Shown here: in pieces, positions 1 through 6,859 of the stretch | Layout of the letters: each line of letters begins with the position of its first letter | Position numbering within the stretch: the stretch's first letter is position 1 | DNA from: Candidatus Loosdrechtia aerotolerans | GTDB lineage: Bacteria; Planctomycetota; Brocadiia; Brocadiales; Brocadiaceae | NCBI GenBank assembly: GCA_021646405.1 | Contig: SOER01000004.1 | Location: 67,163-91,162, forward strand | Direction of reading: 5' to 3' | Length of the DNA: 24,000 nucleotides | Translations under genes and position numbers: made by a program | The notes under the pieces: generated by a model | Told to the model about the DNA's origin: nothing | Databases searched by the model: none | The model's input: only the letters and a program-made list of their open reading frames with translations

Positions 1-9
1 ATATGCAGG

Positions 10-1053
10 ATGGCGATGATTTTACGTTATTGGAGTATTGTGTGGCTTTTGTTCTTTCTGATTATAAGCGGTTTTGCCTGCTCAAGGAGGACTGATACTT
101 CTACTATCCGTGTAGGGTATTTTCCGAATATTACCCATGCACAGGCCGTTCTTGGATTATCTGACGGTACCTTTGCATCACATTTAGGACCGGGAATAAA
201 AATAGAGGCAACTATTTTTAACGCCGGGCCGTCTATCATTGAAGCAGTGTTTTCCGGGGATATAGATATCGCATATGTGGGGCCGAGTCCTGCAATAAAT
301 GGATATGTACGGTCGGGCGGTAAGGCGTTTAAAATGGTTTCAGGTGCAGTAAGCGGGGGTGCGTTATTTGTAATAAAGCCAAATTCTGGTATAAAAAAGG
401 CAGCAGATCTCTCTGGCAAGAGGATTGCGTCGCCACAACTAGGAAACACACAGGATATTGCCCTGAGGGAATACATGAGAAAAAATGGCTTAAAACCCAA
501 GGAAAGGGGAGGGACTGTCAATATCCTTCCTTTACGGAATCCTGATATTTTAAATCTTTTTATGAGAGGGCAGATTGATGGGGCCTGGGTACCGGAGCCA
601 TGGGGTACAAGACTTTTGCGGGAAGCACATGGTGAAATCTTTTTTGATGAGAGTACCTTTTGGGATGATGGTCAATTTTGCACAACGTTGATAATTGTGA
701 GAAAAGATTTTCTGGAGAGACACCCTGATTGGATTAGGTTATGGTTAGCAGCCCATGTTGAAGTAACCCACTGGATTAACCAGTATCCTAAAGAAGCAAA
801 AGAGAAGATTAGTGACCGGATTAAGGTTATTTCCGGAATATATTTTCCAAAGGAGATCATTGACGAGGCCTTTGCTCGATTGAGGATTACGTATGATCCT
901 ATTGTCCCTTCATTATTTTCCTATGCAGAGATGGCATATAATGCCGGTTTCCTGGGAGATCGAATGCCTGAAATATCGGAGATGGTTGATTTAAGCTTAC
1001 TTAACGAGGTGCTTGGAAAGAAGTCATTGCCACTCGTAGGTGAAAAGAGGTAG
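10..1053 (+). CDS. ABC transporter substrate-binding lipoprotein, NitT/TauT (SsuA/TauA/NrtA-like) family
   Basis: 347-aa ORF. The N-terminal hydrophobic signal ends in ISGFAC, a lipobox-like Cys. The motifs IRVGYFPNITHAQ and GDIDIAYVGPSP are typical of sulfonate/taurine/nitrate-type binding proteins. The cognate ATPase and permease genes follow directly. Confidence 0.85.
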   Translation: MAMILRYWSIVWLLFFLIISGFACSRRTDTSTIRVGYFPNITHAQAVLGLSDGTFASHLGPGIKIEATIFNAGPSIIEAVFSGDIDIAYVGPSPAINGYVRSGGKAFKMVSGAVSGGALFVIKPNSGIKKAADLSGKRIASPQLGNTQDIALREYMRKNGLKPKERGGTVNILPLRNPDILNLFMRGQIDGAWVPEPWGTRLLREAHGEIFFDESTFWDDGQFCTTLIIVRKDFLERHPDWIRLWLAAHVEVTHWINQYPKEAKEKISDRIKVISGIYFPKEIIDEAFARLRITYDPIVPSLFSYAEMAYNAGFLGDRMPEISEMVDLSLLNEVLGKKSLPLVGEKR

Positions 1054-1083
1054 AAGCTGTAATCTATTTTGGAGGTGATCATA

Positions 1084-2007
1084 GTGTCAGAAACTGTAGA
1101 AATTGAAAATCTAATAGATCTTAATTATGTAAATTTTCGTACAGAAGTGCAAACGTCTACGAAATTGTGTGTTCAAGGTTTATCAAAATCGTTCCAAACA
1201 AAGAATGGAAGCGTTTGTGTCCTGGATGATGTAAACCTTGAGGTAAAGGAAGGGGAGTTTGTTTGTATCGTTGGGCCTTCCGGGTGCGGAAAGACAACGC
1301 TTTTAAATATCATTGCCGGCCTTGAGAGGGCAGATTCCGGTGAATTACGGGTAAATGGCCGTAAGGTTAACGGTGCAGGGACAGACCGGGTTGTCATTTT
1401 TCAGGAGGCGGCCCTTTTTCCCTGGTTGAATGTAATAAAAAATGTTGAATTTGGTTTGAAGCAGAAGGGTGTTAATAGTAAGGAGAGGCGGGATATTGCC
1501 CTTGAGTACCTCAAGATGGTACATTTGACAAAATTCCAACATGCACATGTACATGAACTCTCCGGCGGAATGAAACAGCGGGTTGCTATAGCCCGGGCTC
1601 TTGCGATGAATCCGGAAATGCTCCTTATGGATGAGCCTTTTTCTGCACTTGATGCCCAAACACGGTGGATACTTCATTTTGAACTACAGAATATATGGTT
1701 AAAAACAAAGAAGACGATTTTTTTTATTACCCATAATATTCGGGAAGCTGTGTGTCTGGCAGATCGTATCATTATTCTTTCTACCTCGCCGGGAAGGATT
1801 AAAAAGGAGTTTATCGTTGATTTACCCAGACCCCGGGATGATAATGATGTAAATGTAGCAGAATATTCTACAAGGATTATGAAGGAACTGAAGGCAGAGA
1901 TCAATAAGGTGGTGGCTTGTGAGATGGATACAGATTCTTGTGTTGAATGTGATATAAAATGTACAACGGAAGTACCCTCAAAAACGGACATTGGAGGAGG
2001 GATTTAA
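1084..2007 (+). CDS. ABC transporter ATP-binding protein (SsuB/TauB/NrtD-like) with Cys-rich C-terminal tail
   Basis: Walker A GPSGCGKTT, signature LSGGMKQR, Walker B LLMDEPFSALD and H-loop ITHN are all present. The ORF track starts at TTG 1069, but GGAGGTG (1071-1077) lies 6 nt before an in-frame GTG at 1084, so 1084 is the more likely start. Confidence 0.9.
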   Translation: MSETVEIENLIDLNYVNFRTEVQTSTKLCVQGLSKSFQTKNGSVCVLDDVNLEVKEGEFVCIVGPSGCGKTTLLNIIAGLERADSGELRVNGRKVNGAGTDRVVIFQEAALFPWLNVIKNVEFGLKQKGVNSKERRDIALEYLKMVHLTKFQHAHVHELSGGMKQRVAIARALAMNPEMLLMDEPFSALDAQTRWILHFELQNIWLKTKKTIFFITHNIREAVCLADRIIILSTSPGRIKKEFIVDLPRPRDDNDVNVAEYSTRIMKELKAEINKVVACEMDTDSCVECDIKCTTEVPSKTDIGGGI

Positions 2008-2010
2008 GGA

Positions 2011-2769
2011 ATGAAGAGCACATGGAAAAGGGTAGTATTTTTCGCCCTGCTTGCAGGTATTTGGGAGCTGTTGTTTTTACTGAGGATATGGCCGGAATAT
2101 GTTCTTCCCTCTCCTTTTTCAGTATACAAGACAATGATCCATGGATTTAAAGACCAGACCTTCCTTATTGGAATAATGATCAGTATGAAAAGAATTGCCA
2201 TTGGTTACGGGATCGCTACCATAGTTGGAGTTTTTTTAGGTCTGCTTATTGGAAGGATCAGAATTTTTGAAGAAACACTGGGCTCTTTAATATCAGGTTT
2301 GCAAACCTTACCGACGATTTGTTGGTTACCACTTGCATTGCTTTGGTTTGGCCTGAATGATAAAACTATTATATTTTTAGTTGCCATGGGTGCAGTGCTT
2401 TCTATAACTGTTGCAACTGATGCGGGAATTAAAAGTGTTCCCCCTCTTTATATTCGTGCCGCGAAAACCATGGGGGCAAGGGGTTGGGGGTTATACTTGG
2501 AGGTAATTCTTCCCGCTGCCCTTCCCCATATTATTACCGGAATGAAACAGGGATGGTCATTCGCCTGGCGATCCTTAATGGCAGGTGAATTATTAATTGT
2601 ATGCCTTGGATTGGGGCATCTTATGATGATAGGACGCGAATTAAATGATATGAGCCAGGTTATTGCCGTGATGATTATCATTGTCCTTATCGGTATTTTG
2701 GTTGACCGGTTATTTTTTATAAAAGTAGAAAAACATATACGAGAACGCTGGGGCCTGGTCAAGATATAA
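2011..2769 (+). CDS. ABC transporter permease (SsuC/TauC-like, BPD_transp_1 fold)
   Basis: 252-aa polytopic membrane ORF with about 6 hydrophobic segments. An EAA-like loop (IRAAKTMGARGW) is present. A GGAGGAGGG Shine-Dalgarno sits just upstream, and the start is 3 nt after the ATPase stop. Confidence 0.85.
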   Translation: MKSTWKRVVFFALLAGIWELLFLLRIWPEYVLPSPFSVYKTMIHGFKDQTFLIGIMISMKRIAIGYGIATIVGVFLGLLIGRIRIFEETLGSLISGLQTLPTICWLPLALLWFGLNDKTIIFLVAMGAVLSITVATDAGIKSVPPLYIRAAKTMGARGWGLYLEVILPAALPHIITGMKQGWSFAWRSLMAGELLIVCLGLGHLMMIGRELNDMSQVIAVMIIIVLIGILVDRLFFIKVEKHIRERWGLVKI

Positions 2770-2771
2770 CA

Positions 2772-2963
2772 TTAGATATCTACTTCTACAGGCAATTCCA
2801 TGTTCTGCATGGATGCCTGTACCAGTGCTTCACGGTCGATTTCATCTTCGGGCAGTTTAATCCGGCTTGCATCTCTTTCAATAAATTGTATACCTTCCAC
2901 CGCATACTTCTTTTTTAACGATTCACATTTTGGGCAACTTTCGGCTGTATAGATATACTTCAA
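2772..2963 (-). CDS. small glutaredoxin/NrdH-like thioredoxin-fold protein (CPKC active-site motif)
   Basis: On the minus strand AAGGAGG (2972-2978) is followed 7 nt later by an in-frame TTG (2963-2961), giving (M)KYIYTAESCPKCESLKK..., 63 aa. That is a beta1-CxxC-alpha1 start typical of glutaredoxin-like proteins. The 96-aa track ORF (to 3062) would begin upstream of the predicted promoter. Confidence 0.6.
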   Translation of the reverse strand: MKYIYTAESCPKCESLKKKYAVEGIQFIERDASRIKLPEDEIDREALVQASMQNMELPVEVDI

Positions 2964-3017
2964 TTTACTAACCTCCTTATCTTTCTGTTTACGGTTTGTA
3001 CGAAAAATACGGATCAC

Positions 3018-3047
3018 ATTGTATATCAGATAGACAGGTTCTTTCAA
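3018..3047 (-). promoter_or_regulatory. sigma70-like promoter for the glutaredoxin-like gene
   Basis: Minus strand reads TTGAAA (3047-3042), an 18-nt spacer, then TACAAT (3023-3018). The alternative is a 16-nt spacer to TATACA. It lies about 55 nt upstream of the TTG start. Confidence 0.4.
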
Positions 3048-3174
3048 GGGTAATCTTTTCATTTCTCTTTTTTGTGTTTCTCAATATTTGATAGTAAGCG
3101 ACTTTATTACCGAAGGATGCTAAAGATACGTTTATTCCCTTCTGTTCTGAATTAAGCAATTTTCTGATAATTAT

Positions 3175-3203
3175 TTGACTGGGTAAGTCCTATGTGGTAT
3201 ATT
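3175..3203 (+). promoter_or_regulatory. sigma70-like promoter with extended -10
   Basis: TTGACT (3175-3180), a 17-nt spacer, then TATATT (3198-3203) preceded by TGg. It lies 29 nt upstream of the ATG at 3232. Confidence 0.5.
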
Positions 3204-3231
3204 TCATGAAAATTTAGAAAGGGTAAAAAAT

Positions 3232-3519
3232 ATGAGATTTATAGGATTACTTATTGCGGCTGGGGTTGCGATTTGGGTATATATGGACGCCAAAAATAGA
3301 GGATATAAGACCATTACAGCTGCAGGATGGATGTTGGGTGTTTTCCTCCTCATGATTGTATTTTTACCGCTCTATTTAATTCTAAGGACAAGGCAGACTA
3401 AGAAGGTTGAAATCCTAACACCGTGTAAATATTGTGGTAAGTATTATGAGAATGCACCAATGTATTGTCCCCATTGCGGGCATAAGGTTGGCGGATATTC
3501 ATTTAAGAAAGAAGAATAG
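3232..3519 (+). CDS. small membrane protein with C-terminal zinc ribbon
   Basis: 95 aa with two hydrophobic helices. A WVYMDAKNRG motif lies between them. The C-terminus carries CKYC-x12-CPHC (CxxC...CxxC). Confidence 0.7.
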   Translation: MRFIGLLIAAGVAIWVYMDAKNRGYKTITAAGWMLGVFLLMIVFLPLYLILRTRQTKKVEILTPCKYCGKYYENAPMYCPHCGHKVGGYSFKKEE

Positions 3520-3522
3520 GTT

Positions 3523-3975
3523 ATGAATCTGAAAGAGCGGATAACTGAGGACTTGAAAAGTGCTATGAGGGCACAGGATAAACTACGGACATCGGTCCTT
3601 CGTATGATGCTTGCCGATATCAAAATTGCAGATACATCCGGTAAGCCTAAGGATCAAATTGATTATGATGATGTTGTGCGCGGTTATCTGAAAAAGATCA
3701 AAAAGGCCCGTGAAGAGTACGAGAGACTCAATGCGCCTGAAAAAGTAAAAGAATTAGACAGAGAGATAGCAATTGTTGAGGAATACTTGCCGAAACAATT
3801 ATCAGATGATGAGATGAAGAGGATTGTAGATGAGATGGTAGAAAGTAATAAATTCACTGCAAAAGAGATGGGTACAGCGATGAAGCTTATCATGAGTAAA
3901 TACGGGAGTGTTGTAGACGGAAAAAAGATACAGATGTATTTAAAGGAAAGACTCGAAGCCGATAAGCAGGCTTGA
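3523..3975 (+). CDS. yqeY: GatB/YqeY domain-containing protein
   Basis: 150 aa. The N-terminus LKERITEDLKSAMRAQDKLRTSVLRMMLADIK and the C-terminal GTAMKLIMSKYGSVVDGKK are characteristic of the YqeY family. It starts 3 nt after the preceding stop. Confidence 0.85.
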   Translation: MNLKERITEDLKSAMRAQDKLRTSVLRMMLADIKIADTSGKPKDQIDYDDVVRGYLKKIKKAREEYERLNAPEKVKELDREIAIVEEYLPKQLSDDEMKRIVDEMVESNKFTAKEMGTAMKLIMSKYGSVVDGKKIQMYLKERLEADKQA

Positions 3976-4259
3976 TATGGAATACAAAACTGCATGAAAG
4001 GATTTCAGGATGGCAACCTCTATTCTGTCACCCTGAGTGAAGCGAAGGGTCTCATCCCTGATGAAAGAGACTCATTCTTGCACGAGGGAGTAATACCATG
4101 TATTGTCATAGGGTATATGCCAAAAGCCGGATGTCCGGGGTGTAACAACTAAACCCTGAAGTGTGTTGAGTAAAAGTCCGCCGAAGGTGGTAAGTTCATG
4201 CATATGCCCCTAATCCTGAACCGGGAACCTGAATAATTACTTATAACTACAGTTAAATT

Positions 4260-4691
4260 CTATTCCAAACGGATAGTATCTATATCCTTTCTTGAAACGC
4301 CTTTCCAAAGTCCTGCCATTCCTTCCGGTTCTACTTCTTTAACCCCTGTTATCTGTTGAATTTTTATTTGATCAGGGTCTGGTGGTTTCCAAAGCATTGC
4401 CATGTAATCGCCCACGTTCCCAACCTTGTTTGGAGTGGCTACGATGATTTTTTCCTTTAAAAACCCCCTTGTAACTAAGGCGTTTTCAGCATTTTCCTGC
4501 AGATCCCTTCTTCCATGGAGGAATAAATAGACATCTTTCTGTAAATCTATTTCAGTATTGGCTTTACTTTCCTGCAATGCAAGCCCGAACAAGATTGCAA
4601 TTGCAATCATGATTACGCTTCCCCACGATTTGAACTTTTCAAATTCCGTCTTTCCTCTTCCCGGATGATCAGGTTCCTTTTCATATGGCAT
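4260..4691 (-). CDS. hypothetical membrane-anchored protein
   Basis: 143-aa ORF with a charged N-terminus, one TM helix (WGSVIMIAIAILFGLAL) and a roughly 100-aa soluble domain. I recognise no family. Confidence 0.55.
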   Translation of the reverse strand: MPYEKEPDHPGRGKTEFEKFKSWGSVIMIAIAILFGLALQESKANTEIDLQKDVYLFLHGRRDLQENAENALVTRGFLKEKIIVATPNKVGNVGDYMAMLWKPPDPDQIKIQQITGVKEVEPEGMAGLWKGVSRKDIDTIRLE

Positions 4692-4797
4692 AGGTATTCC
4701 TCAATGTATTTTGGGTCAGGTTGTTAAATTATATATGCCGCACGCTTTCTTTCCTTGATGGACCGAATATTTTTCATTGTAGTAAACTTATAGCTAT

Positions 4798-4825
4798 GTT
4801 ATAACACGAATATTCAAAATGTCAA
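4798..4825 (-). promoter_or_regulatory. sigma70-like promoter with extended -10 for the 143-aa gene
   Basis: Minus strand reads TTGACA (4825-4820), a 16-nt spacer, then TATAAC (4803-4798) preceded by TGt. It would give a leader of about 100 nt. Confidence 0.5.
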
Positions 4826-4872
4826 TAAGTTACAGAAACAAAAAGAGGAGTGTGTAGGTTGCCGTGCCAAGT

Positions 4873-4903
4873 GCAAAAGATGAAAAATGGCATTGCCTTT
4901 CAT
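4873..4903 (-). terminator. weak terminator-like hairpin after queA
   Basis: Minus strand reads ATGAAAGGCAATGCCATTTTTCAT, with outer arms ATGAAA/TTTCAT and inner GGC/GCC, followed by CTTTTGC. It lies about 20 nt after the queA stop. The stem is imperfect and bulged. Confidence 0.3.
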
Positions 4904-4922
4904 ACATTTGGGTGAAATCCTC

Positions 4923-5999
4923 TTATAGTATCATCATACAATCACCGTAACTGAAAAAACGATACCCCTGTTTTTTTGCTTTCTCGTAAGCATGCATAAT
5001 GATGTCCCTTCCCGCAAAGGCAGAAACCAGTAACAAGAGCGTTGTTTTGGGAAGATGGAAATTCGTCAGTAGGGCGTCAACGTATTTAAAATGGTACGGT
5101 GGATAGATAAATAAATTTGTCTGCCCGGAAAGCTGAGGTTTCACGCCATGTGAAGCAATTGTTTCGAGAGCCCGGCAAGAAGTAGTTCCTATGGCAAACA
5201 CTCGATTGTTCTGCTTTTTGGCCATCTGTATTTTCTGAAAAACATTTTCACTGCATTCATAATACTCTTTATGCATGCGGTGTGCTCGAATATCTTCTGT
5301 TTTGACAGGGAGAAAGGTACCCATACCGACATGGAGCGTTACAAATGCTATTTTAACTCCGTGTTTCTCTATCTTTTCAAGCGTATCACGGGTAAAATGC
5401 AAACCTGCCGTGGGGGCTGCAATAGCCCCTTCCCTTTGGGCAAATACTGTTTGGTATCTTTCCTTATCCAAAGAACTTAACGTGTCTTTACCTTTACGAC
5501 GCTTTATATAGGGGGGAAGAGGCACCTCTCCTATTTGGTTCAGCAAGTCCTTGATATTATATTGCTGCTTGAATTCTATACACCATGTACCGTCTTCAAG
5601 CCTTTCAAGAAGTTTTGCAGAAATAGTCCTGTTACCAATACCTATTTCCTCCATTGTTCTTAATTTTGCATTTGATTTTGCGAGCACTTTCCACCGGTTC
5701 TCTCCCAAATCTTCGATAAATAATAATTCAACTGATGCGCCACTCATTTTATTTCCCAGGACTCGTGCCGGAATTACCCTGGTATTATTCAGAACCAACA
5801 GATCGCCAGGAAAAAGGTAGTCGGTAATTTCATAAAACTTCCGGTGCTCTATTCTGCCTGTATGCCGATGAAGCACCAACAGCCGTGCATCTGCACGGTT
5901 TTTTAAAGGTTGCTGGGCGATAAACTCCCTGGGAAGGTCGTAGTTATAATCGGATAATTTAGGAAAGGTTTCCCCTGATTTTGGTAATGTAACGTCCAT
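4923..5999 (-). CDS. queA: S-adenosylmethionine:tRNA ribosyltransferase-isomerase (queuosine biosynthesis)
   Basis: Full-length similarity to QueA: KLSDYNYDLPREFIAQ, NNTRVIPAR, PLPPYI, APTAGLHF, IGTTSCRALE, TNFHLPKTTLL and RFFSYGDCM. The start is set at ATG 5999 (MDVTLPK...). The track start at 6035 is a TTG adding 12 aa, with no Shine-Dalgarno upstream. Confidence 0.9.
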   Translation of the reverse strand: MDVTLPKSGETFPKLSDYNYDLPREFIAQQPLKNRADARLLVLHRHTGRIEHRKFYEITDYLFPGDLLVLNNTRVIPARVLGNKMSGASVELLFIEDLGENRWKVLAKSNAKLRTMEEIGIGNRTISAKLLERLEDGTWCIEFKQQYNIKDLLNQIGEVPLPPYIKRRKGKDTLSSLDKERYQTVFAQREGAIAAPTAGLHFTRDTLEKIEKHGVKIAFVTLHVGMGTFLPVKTEDIRAHRMHKEYYECSENVFQKIQMAKKQNNRVFAIGTTSCRALETIASHGVKPQLSGQTNLFIYPPYHFKYVDALLTNFHLPKTTLLLLVSAFAGRDIIMHAYEKAKKQGYRFFSYGDCMMIL

Positions 6000-6255
6000 G
6001 GATGTAATATTATACCATTTTGACAGGATAATCAATGTTATAACGTGTGTGGATAAAAAGTAAATGCTTTACATATTCTTCACACATATTCCTCTGGCAA
6101 AAAGAGAAAAATCTATAAAATAATTATTTGGATTATGAAAAAAAACGTTAAATATTAAATACTATATATTGTGTAAACTCAATATATAGGATACATTATA
6201 TTGTATATAAAAGAGGTTTAACCTGTTGAATTCAAAAGGTTTGCCAAAATACCTC

Positions 6256-6283
6256 TTGACAAATGATTAAAAAAGTTTATTGT
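6256..6283 (+). promoter_or_regulatory. candidate Pmra (dcw operon promoter)
   Basis: TTGACA (6256-6261), a 16-nt spacer, then TATTGT (6278-6283). It lies about 70 nt upstream of the mraZ ATG. Confidence 0.5.
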
Positions 6284-6290
6284 CATAAAC

Positions 6291-6320
6291 TTAAGTGGTG
6301 TTAAGTGGTGAAAAGTGGTG
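6291..6320 (+). promoter_or_regulatory. triple direct repeat, probable MraZ operator
   Basis: Three contiguous 10-bp units, TTAAGTGGTG, TTAAGTGGTG and AAAAGTGGTG. They lie between the candidate -10 and the mraZ start. Confidence 0.65.
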
Positions 6321-6351
6321 AAAATAAACACACACATAAAACATGCGATAA

Positions 6352-6819
6352 ATGTTCACCGGTGAATACCATCACACAATTGATGACAAGAATAGGCTGG
6401 CCATACCAGCTCCACTCCGTGACAGTATTGATATTGAGACCGAGGGGAAGGGATTCTATATAACCCGGGGACTAGACGACTGTTTATTCCTCTATACGCC
6501 AAAAGTATGGCAGAATGTTGTTTCCAAGATCGAACAGCTCTCTTTTACTAATAAAAAGGCACGTCAATTCCAACGCCTTTTTTTTTCTAAAGCGCAGAAA
6601 ATTCCAGACTATGACCCGCAAGGGCGTATATTAATCCCTCAGTACTTAAAAGATCTTGCTAAAATCAGGAAGAGTGTTGTGATTTTAGGAATAAGCAGCC
6701 GTATTGAAATCTGGGATGAAGAGACCTGGAAGCGTTTTGAACTGGAACATGAAGAGACTTTTGAGGAAATTGCAGAGGATTTATTTCGATTAGATCATTT
6801 TTCTTCTGCTACGGAATAG
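6352..6819 (+). CDS. mraZ: transcriptional regulator MraZ
   Basis: 155 aa. It starts MFTGEYHHTIDDKNRLAIP and has a second DxxGR(I/L)xIP half (DPQGRILIP), the duplicated SpoVT/AbrB-like MraZ architecture. It is the first gene of the dcw cluster. Confidence 0.9.
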   Translation: MFTGEYHHTIDDKNRLAIPAPLRDSIDIETEGKGFYITRGLDDCLFLYTPKVWQNVVSKIEQLSFTNKKARQFQRLFFSKAQKIPDYDPQGRILIPQYLKDLAKIRKSVVILGISSRIEIWDEETWKRFELEHEETFEEIAEDLFRLDHFSSATE

Positions 6820-6859
6820 CAGGTGCAGTTATGTCGTATGAAATTCTTGATGTATACCT

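Noticed and set aside
27-521. 164-aa ORF antisense to the ABC binding-protein gene. Similar antisense ORFs occur at 1173-1991, 2448-2762, 3684-3995, 5271-5820, 14936-15322, 16974-17393, 18135-18525 and 21743-22033.
   Set aside because: All lie entirely inside, and opposite to, ORFs with clear family motifs. They have odd composition (Pro/Ser/Arg/Ile-rich) and no Shine-Dalgarno, so they are typical shadow ORFs.
4058-4066. CTGATGAAA in a hairpin loop, reminiscent of the hammerhead ribozyme core (CUGAUGA ... GAAA)
   Set aside because: No stem II separates CUGAUGA from GAAA. No second GAAA follows a hairpin downstream, and no appropriately placed UH cleavage site with stem I/III pairing could be drawn.
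6036-6130. Possible preQ1 riboswitch upstream of queA
   Set aside because: No preQ1-I or preQ1-II-like motif (short hairpin plus an A-rich tail with a CUA-containing consensus) is present on the minus strand. queA is also not a typical preQ1-riboswitch target.
6291-6320. Tandem repeat considered as a possible mini CRISPR array or satellite
   Set aside because: The units are contiguous 10-bp repeats with no spacers, and there are only three copies directly upstream of mraZ. A regulatory operator fits much better.
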